A stretch of DNA of 64,000 nt, from the IMG/VR virus record IMGVR_UViG_3300042399_002267; one strand, written 5' to 3'. Source of the stretch: a virus. The notes under the pieces are model-generated. The model saw only the letters and a list, made by a program, of their open reading frames with translations, did not search any database and was not told where the DNA came from. This document shows positions 24,556 through 34,262 of this stretch, piece by piece. The translations under genes were made by a program, and so were the position numbers. Numbering within the stretch: position 1 is the first letter of the stretch; every line of letters begins with the position of its first letter.

Positions 24556-27369
24556 ATGTGGAATTTTAGCATTCATAAAAAAACTGTAAAGGCAATGGAA
24601 GCCTTTGATGTCTTAAGTAGTGAGGGTATCGATTGGACTGGTTCATTCCAGGATACATTTAAAAAATACAATTTTAACTCTCATGATAAAATGCCTACCG
24701 TTTATGACCTAATAAATTTTATTAAGTATGCTAAAAATACAAGAATCTTGGATATTTATTCAAGAGATAAAAATAAAGGTTCTGATCTTAGATGGTTTTG
24801 CAAACAATTAATTACGTTTGTAGTTGATCAGCTTAGGCACACTGGATCTCCAAACGCAGACACACTTATCATTACTAATTTCTTAGCTCAATGTGCAAAA
24901 AATTATGAAACTGATAATCCTTATAATAAAATCGAAATTGGCACACCAGTTTCAAGTGAAAAAGCAATGACAATGTCAATGAAAAATTTAATTTCAATGA
25001 GATACGAAACATTGAATTTATTAACTGCAAATAATATTAACATTGAAAATAGTTGCATGATGTACATCATGAGAGGTGACGATGTCAAAAATCATGGTGT
25101 TAATGCAGATGATTATGCTAGAAATCAGATAATAGAACGTGCAATTGATAAATATCCTAAACTTGGATATTTTAAATCTTTAGACAGTGTTTTATTTTAT
25201 TTGAAAAGTGACATAGCCACAAAAGATAATTTGTTAGAAATTTCTGATTATCTTAAATCATTTTCTCTTTCTGGTTTGAAATTTACAGATTTATTTTCTT
25301 TTGTAGATGGATTGACAGGATCTAGTTTAGATGGAAAATCTATTAAAGATATTATTTATAATGTCCAGACTGATGATCAATTAGAAATATATCTTTATCT
25401 AAGAAACAAAGTGGTTAAAAATAATAATGATTATGAAATAACCAAATCTCTTTTAGAGATTGTTTATAAATTTTTATCTTCATTTTACTTAACTAAATCT
25501 AATATCGAAAAATTATTAAAAGATGATATGTTTGTTGAATATTGTCAAAATCAAGGCGAAAATATAAAAGATCTATGGTTGTATAAGGGTTTTTCAACAG
25601 TTGAAGTAATGCAAAACTACTTAACAAAAAATCCTGAAAAAATTAAGAATTTCTCAGAAGATGCATTGGCAAGATTAAACGCTACATCACTCCAAAATAT
25701 TAATCAATCAGCAATTGAAGCTCAACAATCAATTTTAAAAGATGGACTGTCTTTATTACAAAATGCTATAGACACAAATGTAATTAAGAAACTAGATCCT
25801 TTTGTAAGAGATTTTAATCGTGATTACTCATCAGAATATAAAAAGCCTGAAAAACCTTCAAATGCATCTCCAGAAGAAATGAAAGAATATGAATTGCAGG
25901 TTTCTGCAGCAAAAATCTTTACAGAATGGCAAATTAGTTATTTAGACAGAATGGAGCAAGAAAGATTATTTACATCTATTTCTAAAGAAGATTTGGAAAA
26001 ATATGCATCTAATATGATAATTCTAGAATTTGATGCAAATCAATTAAAAGTTTTTTTAGAATCAAAAAATATTACCAAATTTCAAATTCAAGGTGTAGAT
26101 TTTGTAAGTGGATTATGGAGAGGTTTATTTGTACCAAGGTTTCCTACACCTTCAGGACAACCTGTTCCAGCAATTGTAATTAGAACTGATGCATATGACT
26201 CTTTAGAACATCATAAACAGCTATCAGAAAATTTAGGATTTGAAGCTTTTAGGTTTACAGAATCTACTAGAAGACATGAAATTGCACATGCATTACAATA
26301 TCTTGCTGTTGGTGATGTTATGCTAATGGAACCGCAAGAATTAAATCCAGAGCTTACTGAAGGTGAAGCTTATATTATGGATCCGGCAGAATTGTATGCA
26401 AGAGTACATGGAGATATTCCTTATTTATATAATTTATTTGATTCTAGAATTAGAAATCTAACTGTTTCTAAAAAAATATATGAAGCTGCTAAAGAACAAT
26501 GGATTCACGACATTGTTAATGAAAAAATACACTTAATGTCTGGTGGTACTAATCTAAGAAGATTAATGATGCAAGATGAAACACCAGAATTTAGAAAAGA
26601 AAATTTTGGTAAATTAAAAAAATCTGATGGAACAGAAATTGAACTACCAGACCCTCTTGAGGCTATATCAAAAATTCTTGCAAGGCAAAGAATAAAACTT
26701 GAAATGATTTTTCATGATTTATTTACAGTTGCTGATAAAAGAGAAAAAAGAAAAGGTTTGATTAGCAAAAAGAATAGACTTAAAAAACAATTAGAAAGTC
26801 TTCCTGAATACGAATATTTAAAAAGAATTAATCTCGAGAAGGAACTTTATGAAGCAGAAACTGATTTGATAAAAGTTGGTCAAGAACTTATTGTTGATGT
26901 TGAAAATGTATCTACTTCTGTTTTAAAAGGTTATTTGAAAGATTATTTTACAAAAATAAGCAATGCTGTAGCTGAAGGTTTATTAGGACCCGATGTCCTG
27001 AATGTAGATGATCCTGATAGACCTAAATCTTCAGAAAAACCATCCGTCGAACCTGAATTGCCTACAGCTTCCGATATTTCTGATATTACTGAATTTATGA
27101 TTGGACAATCTAAACCAATTCCTGGTGGAAGAAAAATTGATGAAATTATTCCATCATTCATGGGCAAGGCTTTACCAGCTGATTCTTGGACTTGGGAAAA
27201 GGGGACGGATCCAAATAGTCCAGAAAACAGAAAAAGACCTAAGGGAAATTTTCCAGGAATAGAGCCTGTAAAGCCAATGCCTCAATCTAAAATAACTATT
27301 GATGCAGATGATCCATTCAAGACAGATAAAACTGCGTCAGTCTATAATCATAACAGATCAAAAAGATAA
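24556..27369 (+). CDS. Large protein with a zincin-like HEXXH motif (putative metallopeptidase, possible head cargo)
   Basis: RRHEIAHALQ at 26275-26289 and downstream Y..DPAELYAR; MWNF leader; DKTAS near the C-terminus. Confidence 0.55.
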   Translation: MWNFSIHKKTVKAMEAFDVLSSEGIDWTGSFQDTFKKYNFNSHDKMPTVYDLINFIKYAKNTRILDIYSRDKNKGSDLRWFCKQLITFVVDQLRHTGSPNADTLIITNFLAQCAKNYETDNPYNKIEIGTPVSSEKAMTMSMKNLISMRYETLNLLTANNINIENSCMMYIMRGDDVKNHGVNADDYARNQIIERAIDKYPKLGYFKSLDSVLFYLKSDIATKDNLLEISDYLKSFSLSGLKFTDLFSFVDGLTGSSLDGKSIKDIIYNVQTDDQLEIYLYLRNKVVKNNNDYEITKSLLEIVYKFLSSFYLTKSNIEKLLKDDMFVEYCQNQGENIKDLWLYKGFSTVEVMQNYLTKNPEKIKNFSEDALARLNATSLQNINQSAIEAQQSILKDGLSLLQNAIDTNVIKKLDPFVRDFNRDYSSEYKKPEKPSNASPEEMKEYELQVSAAKIFTEWQISYLDRMEQERLFTSISKEDLEKYASNMIILEFDANQLKVFLESKNITKFQIQGVDFVSGLWRGLFVPRFPTPSGQPVPAIVIRTDAYDSLEHHKQLSENLGFEAFRFTESTRRHEIAHALQYLAVGDVMLMEPQELNPELTEGEAYIMDPAELYARVHGDIPYLYNLFDSRIRNLTVSKKIYEAAKEQWIHDIVNEKIHLMSGGTNLRRLMMQDETPEFRKENFGKLKKSDGTEIELPDPLEAISKILARQRIKLEMIFHDLFTVADKREKRKGLISKKNRLKKQLESLPEYEYLKRINLEKELYEAETDLIKVGQELIVDVENVSTSVLKGYLKDYFTKISNAVAEGLLGPDVLNVDDPDRPKSSEKPSVEPELPTASDISDITEFMIGQSKPIPGGRKIDEIIPSFMGKALPADSWTWEKGTDPNSPENRKRPKGNFPGIEPVKPMPQSKITIDADDPFKTDKTASVYNHNRSKR

Positions 27370-27939
27370 AAAATCTTCTCCCAAGATAACTTTGATATTT
27401 CCCAAGGCTCTCTGCAATCTTTTAGAGAAAGAACTTTGGGAAATATTTAGCTTTAACGATGCTTCTTCTTGATCTAAACCTTCAAAAAAATAAAGCTCAA
27501 TTGCTTCTTTTTGTTTTTCATTTAACTTATTGATTGCAGAATGTAGTGAAATAACAGTTTCAATCCTGTTGAATGGATCAGTGGAATGTTCTTCAACAAC
27601 TACATCGCTTTCATAGTCAGCATGATCTAAATATTTATCGACACAAGATCTATATAAGTTGATATCTATTCTTGTTGATAAAAAATATGAGAAATAAGTA
27701 AGATTTGGATTGTACTGATCAACTATTTTTTTAAGAACTAATAAAGATTCTTGAAGCATATCTTCTCGATATGGTGACAATTTCAATTCTTTTTGAATAC
27801 ATCTTTGTATTGCACAAATAAATAATGGCTTGTAGAAATCATATAATTCTCCTAAAGCAGAGCCATCATTGTCTTTTACTTTTGAAATAAGTTCATTTAT
27901 ATATTCGTAGCGATCTTCATACACAAAAATTTTATACAC
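27358..27939 (-). CDS. RNA polymerase sigma-70 family (ECF-like) sigma factor
   Basis: Region 2 (ALGELYDFY..REDMLQES..FSYFL) and region 4 HTH (INKLNEKQKEAIELYFFEGLDQEEAS.KLNISQSSFSKRLQRA). Confidence 0.8.
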   Translation of the reverse strand: MYKIFVYEDRYEYINELISKVKDNDGSALGELYDFYKPLFICAIQRCIQKELKLSPYREDMLQESLLVLKKIVDQYNPNLTYFSYFLSTRIDINLYRSCVDKYLDHADYESDVVVEEHSTDPFNRIETVISLHSAINKLNEKQKEAIELYFFEGLDQEEASLKLNISQSSFSKRLQRALGNIKVILGEDFLSF

Positions 27940-28936
27940 TAAGGATTTTATTAATCATCAAGAATAATGAATGATTTTTAGAGCCACTATTTCTCAAATC
28001 CTTAATTGTATATACTACTTGCTCAATCATGTATGCTATTTTAGCAACAGAAGGTGTTGTTTTACCCATCTGAATCTTTATTCGGATTGGATTCTGAGTT
28101 TTGATTATAAACTCACTAGGGACCCAATTTTCGCCCAAATATTTGCCTAATAAATCTTTACATTCTAAAATCTCTGCAACTTTATTAGCATCATAAATAT
28201 TTTTTTCTTTACAGTCTGAAACTACTAATAAAAAATATAGCTGTGAAAGCAAAATTAATAGCAAACCTTGTTCGCCAATTGCGCTGCATAGATTGTTGCA
28301 TGTATCGTACACATCTTCATTTTTATTAATCAAGTGATCAATAAATTCAAAAATATCAGTGTTGTTGTCAAAAAGAGAATTTTCAATGTCTTCAAGTTTT
28401 ACTTCATTCTTAACAGATGCATGCTTTCTAAGTTCTTGAAATAATAAATCAAGATCGTAAACAATTTTCTCTTTCTTATTGCCAGCAGTTTTAGATTTTA
28501 TTCTGTATGTTGGACAATTATTTATTATCCATTCATAACATGGCTGATCTATTTTTATATCTAAACTTTTTACTTCTTTGTAGCAACATCTTTTGAGAGA
28601 TTGAACATCGCCAAACATCGGAAAAGAATAATCAAATATTTTTCCAGATTTTTTTATTTTTGAAATAAAACTATTTCTACCATCAAAACTTTCATCATCG
28701 AAAAACAAATGGTATTGGTTGTTGTTCAGTTGTCCTATGATTTTTATTTGATCATTGCTTGGATTATCTACTAAAAATAGTTTGTCTGAATCGAAAAACT
28801 TAGAGTAATTCTTTATTTGAGATTCTAAATTGAAGACACTTACAATTGTATATCCAGGATGACTGCTAGACAACTGTTGTAATGCCATTGGCTTTGAACC
28901 AATAAAAATAGAACTCTCAGATAATACTACGCTCAT
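27932..28936 (-). CDS. holA: DNA polymerase III delta subunit-like clamp-loader protein
   Basis: DGRNSFISKIKK, LDLLFQEL.K and DIFEFIDHL; adjacent to the beta clamp and near dnaX. Confidence 0.55.
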   Translation of the reverse strand: MSVVLSESSIFIGSKPMALQQLSSSHPGYTIVSVFNLESQIKNYSKFFDSDKLFLVDNPSNDQIKIIGQLNNNQYHLFFDDESFDGRNSFISKIKKSGKIFDYSFPMFGDVQSLKRCCYKEVKSLDIKIDQPCYEWIINNCPTYRIKSKTAGNKKEKIVYDLDLLFQELRKHASVKNEVKLEDIENSLFDNNTDIFEFIDHLINKNEDVYDTCNNLCSAIGEQGLLLILLSQLYFLLVVSDCKEKNIYDANKVAEILECKDLLGKYLGENWVPSEFIIKTQNPIRIKIQMGKTTPSVAKIAYMIEQVVYTIKDLRNSGSKNHSLFLMINKILSV

Positions 28937-28938
28937 AT

Positions 28939-30051
28939 CTACTCCATTGGGAACATTATATGATTGAAATTATCTGATTGCAAAATACATATTGTATATG
29001 AATTGAAATCATAAAATTTAGCACTTATATTTTCTTGATTTATGACTTCCAATATTTTCATAAAATGATTTGTAAGATAAGAAACATTCAAATCTTCTAA
29101 TTCTTCATCAAAAGTAATCTTGTCTGCTGCACCACCAGAAATATCACCTGAACTTGTTAAGATAATTTCTTTATTTTTAGTTGATAAATTAAACAAGTGA
29201 GAACCTGAAATATTGTTTATGAACTTCAAAGATTTTAGAAATTCACTTTTAGATACATCTATTGTTGTGATATATTTTGAATCAAAAAATCTCTTGAATC
29301 CATTATGAACACTTTGGTATGAGTTTACTTCAAGATTGGTGCAAAAATAATTACCATTATTACGGATAATTAGTTTGTTTTTATGTATTGAAAATTTTGA
29401 ATTACTGTCAACAAAGTTTAATGACAACTCAGCTTGATTTTTACTTAGTAAGAAGGACTGTTCATTTTCATATTTTTTGCCATAAACAGAAATTCTGTGC
29501 TTATCTGAAGATTGAGCGTTGAACTTATTTTCAGAAATAAAGAACATTATAGATGAATATGGGTGCTCTTCAAAATCTGGAGCACATGAAAATGATGTAA
29601 ACTTGATAGCATTATGAAAACTAGTTGAGTCATATTTTACGAAATCAATATTATCATTTATAAAAAATTCATTAGATATTTTATTTTCAAGGCTGTCTGC
29701 TTTTGATGTTTTTAACGATACTCTGGTTTTTTTGTTTCCAAAAACCAATTGATTGTCTGACTCAACGAATGCGAATTGAATTTCATCAGTTGGAAAGTTC
29801 GTAAATGCATTTGTAAAAATATTACAATCTATAGCAAAATCAATAAAATCATCATCAAAATCACATAGGTAAGTATATGCTGCAGAAACACCAGTACTTA
29901 GGTATATGAACAACTTATTGTCATGTGCATGAAAAATAAGACTATCGCCATTGATACTCTTATTTTCACGAGTTGATAATTTCAGTTTATCAATTTTATT
30001 GAATAACTGAAACTTCTCTAAGTGCTCAGACTTTTTAAGTTTAAATTTCAA
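28939..30051 (-). CDS. dnaN: DNA polymerase III beta sliding clamp
   Basis: 370 aa; SSDKHRIS corresponds to ATDGHRLA and C-terminal HIMFPM to YVVMPM. The TTG start overlaps the purA stop. Confidence 0.7.
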   Translation of the reverse strand: MKFKLKKSEHLEKFQLFNKIDKLKLSTRENKSINGDSLIFHAHDNKLFIYLSTGVSAAYTYLCDFDDDFIDFAIDCNIFTNAFTNFPTDEIQFAFVESDNQLVFGNKKTRVSLKTSKADSLENKISNEFFINDNIDFVKYDSTSFHNAIKFTSFSCAPDFEEHPYSSIMFFISENKFNAQSSDKHRISVYGKKYENEQSFLLSKNQAELSLNFVDSNSKFSIHKNKLIIRNNGNYFCTNLEVNSYQSVHNGFKRFFDSKYITTIDVSKSEFLKSLKFINNISGSHLFNLSTKNKEIILTSSGDISGGAADKITFDEELEDLNVSYLTNHFMKILEVINQENISAKFYDFNSYTICILQSDNFNHIMFPME

Positions 30052-31043
30052 TGTAACTGCCCCTGGAATTCAATTTCAATACCTGGATTATATTTCGTAA
30101 TCTGATTCATAAGACAAAGCATAAATGAACCTTCATCATCAACAAAATGTAATTTACCATCTTGATACCAGTCCCAGCCATTTTCAATCTGAGCTAAAAC
30201 ATCCATTTTGTTTACAATTAATTTAGTGATTCCATTCATTTGGCAAGCAGTATTTACTTCATCAACATTTAGCCAATCTATTTGTCTTGGTCTACCAGTA
30301 GTGGCTCCATATTCTTGACCAACCTCACGCAGTTTTTCAAATCGCTCGTCGTGTTTTTGGTATCCTTTAGCTCCAACATAGGTAGAATAACATTTGATAA
30401 CCCCGACAACATTCCGAACTTGCTTAAAATTGAAACCATTATTTAATACTGCTCCTACTCCTGTATTTGACGATGTGACATAAGGATAATCGCCAAAGTC
30501 AACATCAAGCCAATAACCTTGAGCTCCTTCAGCTAAAAATTTCTTTGGGGAAGAATAAATCAAACTGTGCATATCAACAAGATATGGTTCTAATTCAGGA
30601 ACATCTTTGGCACGAATTCCAGTACGGGCATACTTGTCTCTGTAACAAGGTCCGTTTCCAGTGCGAGTTGTTCCAATTTTTGTGTCTTTGGAATCTTCGT
30701 CAATGTGTTCTTGGGTAATTATATGTGCGTTTTCTGCTATTTTAAGGATTGATGTGTCAAACCCAAATCCTTTAAGATACCCAAGTTCGTCAAATAATTT
30801 TTGCGTATTGATAACACAACCATTACCGATGACACTAGGAATACCATGCAGAATACCACAAGGAACAAGATGCGTAACAATTTTCTCTCCATTGAGGTAA
30901 ATTGTATGACCCGCATTTCCGCCTCCATTGAAACGGATAACGTAGTCATATTCACCAGATAAAGCCATTTGATTGGCTATTTTTCCTTTGCCTTCATCCC
31001 CATACTGCATACCGATAACTACATCAACAATTGAAGTTTCCAT
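30048..31043 (-). CDS. purA: Adenylosuccinate synthetase (short form)
   Basis: GMQYGDEGKGK, RFNGGGNAGHT, IGTTRTGNGP, EGAQG, DYPYVTSS, EYGATTGRPR and NKMD. Confidence 0.92.
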   Translation of the reverse strand: METSIVDVVIGMQYGDEGKGKIANQMALSGEYDYVIRFNGGGNAGHTIYLNGEKIVTHLVPCGILHGIPSVIGNGCVINTQKLFDELGYLKGFGFDTSILKIAENAHIITQEHIDEDSKDTKIGTTRTGNGPCYRDKYARTGIRAKDVPELEPYLVDMHSLIYSSPKKFLAEGAQGYWLDVDFGDYPYVTSSNTGVGAVLNNGFNFKQVRNVVGVIKCYSTYVGAKGYQKHDERFEKLREVGQEYGATTGRPRQIDWLNVDEVNTACQMNGITKLIVNKMDVLAQIENGWDWYQDGKLHFVDDEGSFMLCLMNQITKYNPGIEIEFQGQLH

Positions 31044-31049
31044 ACGCAC

Positions 31050-31078
31050 ATTCTACTTCATAGCAGAGATGTTAGCAA
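31050..31078 (-). promoter_or_regulatory. sigma70-type promoter for a leaderless purA transcript
   Basis: TTGCTA-17-TAGAAT-6 nt-ATG(31043). Confidence 0.65.
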
Positions 31079-31087
31079 GAGTTGTAT

Positions 31088-31759
31088 TTATTTTTTGTTC
31101 AGTGAATCGTTCTCATCCTTTTTGTATTGAGTGTACACTTCATTAGCTTTTTTACGAATTCTAGTAAGAGCATTATCAACACATTTGGGAGGAACATTTA
31201 ATGAATTTGAAATTTCTTTGTAAGATGAATTCATTCCATATTCATTGAAAATTTCAGCTTCTAAAGGAGTTAGTTTATCAATTAGTTTCTTGGAAGTTAA
31301 ATCATATTCTTCTCTTCCAATAATATCAAGAACTAAATCGCACTCAGGAGATTCATCATATGGATTTTTCTTTTCAGGAATAAAATCAGCCAAAGTTTGG
31401 AGATTTCCATCGTCACCTAAAATAATAGGTGCATCTAAAGAAATAGAATCATTCAACACTGAATTTTTCATTCTTTTAGCACTTGCGATTGCTGTTGCTA
31501 AATGACGTTTACAGACTAGATTGACACAAAAGTTTTTAAAAGTTGTATCTTTGGTTGGATCATAGGAATTAACAGCTTTGTAAACTCCCAACCGCAATTC
31601 TTGCATTACGTCTTCTCTATCAGCACCTACTATAAAGTAATGGTTGCAGATTTTTTTAAGATCAGGCTCAACCATTTTCAAGAGGTAATTAAAAGATTTA
31701 CTTTCTCCTCTTTTAGCTTTTCTAACGATGTCTACTATTCTTGGGTCTTCGGTTGCCAT
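31088..31759 (-). CDS. sigH: SigH (Spo0H)-like RNA polymerase sigma factor
   Basis: GADREDVMQE, F.NF..LVCKRHLATAI.SA.R.K..LN.SISLD.PI and SYKEIS..LN...K.VDNAL.RIRKK match Bacillota SigH. Confidence 0.75.
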   Translation of the reverse strand: MATEDPRIVDIVRKAKRGESKSFNYLLKMVEPDLKKICNHYFIVGADREDVMQELRLGVYKAVNSYDPTKDTTFKNFCVNLVCKRHLATAIASAKRMKNSVLNDSISLDAPIILGDDGNLQTLADFIPEKKNPYDESPECDLVLDIIGREEYDLTSKKLIDKLTPLEAEIFNEYGMNSSYKEISNSLNVPPKCVDNALTRIRKKANEVYTQYKKDENDSLNKK

Positions 31760-31796
31760 TTTTTTCCCGAAGGCACTTTACTTTTTACAATACTAT

Positions 31797-32855
31797 TTAC
31801 GCAGAATTTTTTTTCGCGTACCAGTCGATTACTTTGAGAATTCCGGTAATTGCTACGATATCCTCAGAAACAGTTTGCCTTATATTACAAGATATGTTAT
31901 ACAACTGTTCCGTTAACTCAACTAAATAAGTACTAGGAACAGATTTGCTTATATTTTCAATCTCAACATCCTTGTCTACCTTCTTCATTCTTACCAATCT
32001 ATACTTAAATGCTTCCATTAAGATATGGGATGAATCTAATATCAAAGAACCCAAGCTTCTCCCCTCTTGATGTGCAGTAGAAATAATTCTAAATGATTCG
32101 CTTCGATCACAATTAAGAATTGAATAAACTAAATCAAATGATAGTTGTTTTGGAGACATGACAAGAAGTTCTCTAATATTTTCTTCAGATATTTCTTGCA
32201 AAGATGCCTGATCTAAAATAGAAAGAGCTGTTCTAGCACTTCCATCTGCTTGAACGGCAATCAAATTTAGTGCCTCAATATCATATTTGAAACTTTCATT
32301 TGTGCAAACACCAATCATAATGTCTCTTAGATTTACATTTGAAAGCTTTCTCATTGGAAATATTTGAGACCTAGTAACGATTGCTCTTAGTATTTTGCTT
32401 GGTTCAGTTGTGCAAAAGAAAAATTTCACAAAAGGTGGAGGTTCTTCTGTAATCTTAATTAATGAAGTTTGAGCTTGAGTGGTAAGCATGTGACATTCAT
32501 CTAAAATGAAAATCTTATACTTGTACATCGGAGACAACCGCGCAAGTTGAATAATATTTTCCCGTATATGATCAACACCATTATTTACAGCACAATTAAT
32601 TTCATATACATCAGGATGAGAATCATTTGCTACAGATTTACAAGAATCACATTCACAACTCTCATTGCCTGAAGTGCAATTCATCTTCTTTGCTGCGACA
32701 CGAGCTAGAGTTGTCTTTCCTGTACCTGGAGGACCTGAAAGAATATAAGAATGAGTAGTTTTACCCAATGCAATTTGTTGCTCTAGTATTTCAGAAGATT
32801 TACTTCCCAAAATCTCATTAAAGTTTTGCGGTCGATATTTATTATATAAACTCAT
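31797..32855 (-). CDS. dnaX: DNA polymerase III gamma/tau subunit
   Basis: LYNKYRPQNF, GPPGTGKTT, C..C..C zinc module, ILDECHML, EEPP and DGSARTALSILDQ. Confidence 0.9.
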   Translation of the reverse strand: MSLYNKYRPQNFNEILGSKSSEILEQQIALGKTTHSYILSGPPGTGKTTLARVAAKKMNCTSGNESCECDSCKSVANDSHPDVYEINCAVNNGVDHIRENIIQLARLSPMYKYKIFILDECHMLTTQAQTSLIKITEEPPPFVKFFFCTTEPSKILRAIVTRSQIFPMRKLSNVNLRDIMIGVCTNESFKYDIEALNLIAVQADGSARTALSILDQASLQEISEENIRELLVMSPKQLSFDLVYSILNCDRSESFRIISTAHQEGRSLGSLILDSSHILMEAFKYRLVRMKKVDKDVEIENISKSVPSTYLVELTEQLYNISCNIRQTVSEDIVAITGILKVIDWYAKKNSA

Positions 32856-33337
32856 TAGTCATCTTCCATAGGAATAATTAATGGTAATGGATCTGGAGAT
32901 TTAAGTAAATCAGGCAAACCTTCTTTTATTTCCCAATAAGGTCCCATGCCCATATGAACAAAATATTCCACTATGAATCCATAATCCATTACATCAAAGT
33001 TTCTTATTTTACCATCACCTTGAGGACTAACAGAGTAAATTGCTTTGAAAATAATCCATTGTTTTTTAGTATCTTCCAGCAGGGACCATTTTTCTTGCCA
33101 TACAGCAAAGCAGTAATCTTTGCCTCGTGTTTCTGGATTAGTATTTAATACTTGCCTTACCCAACCTTGGGTTACTCCACTCATGACATATGGCTTGGCA
33201 TTTTTAGGTTCATAACCTATCATTTCAGCAAAATAAATTTTAGAGAGATCCACATATCCAATAAATGGGTGATATCTCTCTTGTAATCTTTCTGCTAAAC
33301 TTTTATTTTCTAAAGATTCGGTATATTCAGTTTCCAC
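32855..33337 (-). CDS. Putative phage metallopeptidase-fold protein, degenerate active site
   Basis: Overall pattern VDLSKIYF..DY...W..W..L...Q..I...G.I...DV..Y..IV; the HExxH position reads KAIYS. Confidence 0.45.
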   Translation of the reverse strand: METEYTESLENKSLAERLQERYHPFIGYVDLSKIYFAEMIGYEPKNAKPYVMSGVTQGWVRQVLNTNPETRGKDYCFAVWQEKWSLLEDTKKQWIIFKAIYSVSPQGDGKIRNFDVMDYGFIVEYFVHMGMGPYWEIKEGLPDLLKSPDPLPLIIPMEDD

Positions 33338-33342
33338 GTTTT

Positions 33343-33351
33343 ATATTACCA
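33343..33351 (-). promoter_or_regulatory. Extended -10 promoter, leaderless GTG start
   Basis: TGg-TAATAT-5 nt-GTG(33337); no SD. Confidence 0.4.
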
Positions 33352-33358
33352 TAAAAAA

Positions 33359-33384
33359 TAAACCCATCGATTTCGATGGGTTTA
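33359..33384 (-). terminator. Intrinsic terminator
   Basis: TAAACCCATCG-attt-CGATGGGTTTA perfect stem with adjacent T run. Confidence 0.8.
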
Positions 33385-33390
33385 AAACTT

Positions 33391-33744
33391 TTAGAAGCTT
33401 AGTTGAGTGACTGCAACAACTTGACCATCTTCATCTCTTACAGCAGATGGACCAGTGTCTACACATAATACATCTTCTCTATCAAAAGGAATAAAATCCA
33501 TTGATATTCTGTTTACAATGTAATATACACCATTTTCTGGTTCAGGAAGATTCTCAATAGATTCAAATTGGGTTTCTACAATTGGAATATCAGCTACCTT
33601 ACCAATAACTCTTTGTTTTGTTATCACTCGACACGGATTTTCTGCTCTTGTCAAAGTTCCATAACCTGAGATTGTAATGTCATGACCAATAAGATTGACA
33701 AACTTTTTAAATTCTGAATACATTTTATTTACCTCAGAGTACAT
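33391..33744 (-). CDS. Conserved small phage protein
   Basis: NLPEPENGVYYIVN..R.DV...T...VRD.DG.V..V..L pattern common in phage hypothetical proteins. Confidence 0.6.
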   Translation of the reverse strand: MYSEVNKMYSEFKKFVNLIGHDITISGYGTLTRAENPCRVITKQRVIGKVADIPIVETQFESIENLPEPENGVYYIVNRISMDFIPFDREDVLCVDTGPSAVRDEDGQVVAVTQLSF

Positions 33745-34262
33745 TACTTTCCGGTACTTCCCAATCCACCCGTTCGAGACTTGTTTGCTGTTTGACTAAA
33801 TTCTTCTACTACAACTAAATCATGTTCTGCAAGCTTGGCTACAACCATTTGTGCAATACGATCACCATGATTGATAGCAAAAGGCATGCGATTGTGATTA
33901 AAAAGAATAACTTTCAATTCAAAATCTTCACCATCTCCTGAATAATCACAGTCAATTGTTCCTGGAGTATTTAGAACTGTGATGCCATGCTTTGCAGCCA
34001 ATCCAGAACGAGGTCTAATTTGAATTTCGTATCCTTCAGGAATGTTAACATTTAACCCTGTAGGAACAATCAATGAGTTTCCAGGGTGAATCATCATCCC
34101 ATTGGTGTAATTTGGAATACATGCACATAAGTCATATCCAGCAGCGCCTTCAGTTGCTTTCTTTGGAATTATAGCTTCTTCACGAAAAGCCTTAATCTCA
34201 ACTGTTGCACGTTTAATATTAGCATTTGTTACTAAAACTTGTCCACTTCCTGATGTAGCCAT
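33744..34262 (-). CDS. dut: Trimeric dUTPase
   Basis: All five motifs: AAGYDL, IRPRSGLA, GTIDCDYSG, GDRIAQ and RTGGLGSTG. Confidence 0.95.
   Translation of the reverse strand: MATSGSGQVLVTNANIKRATVEIKAFREEAIIPKKATEGAAGYDLCACIPNYTNGMMIHPGNSLIVPTGLNVNIPEGYEIQIRPRSGLAAKHGITVLNTPGTIDCDYSGDGEDFELKVILFNHNRMPFAINHGDRIAQMVVAKLAEHDLVVVEEFSQTANKSRTGGLGSTGK

Noticed and set aside
24408-24572. Hydrophobic 55-aa N-terminal extension suggesting a holin or membrane anchor
   Set aside because: It arises from AT-rich intergenic DNA and overlaps the divergent gene's promoter and start; a good SD precedes GTG 24407.
30048-31043. PurZ / 2-aminoadenine (Z) genome pathway
   Set aside because: The catalytic motif is GDEGKG with the PurA Asp retained (PurZ has Ser, GSTGKG), and no DatZ/MazZ-like neighbour is visible.
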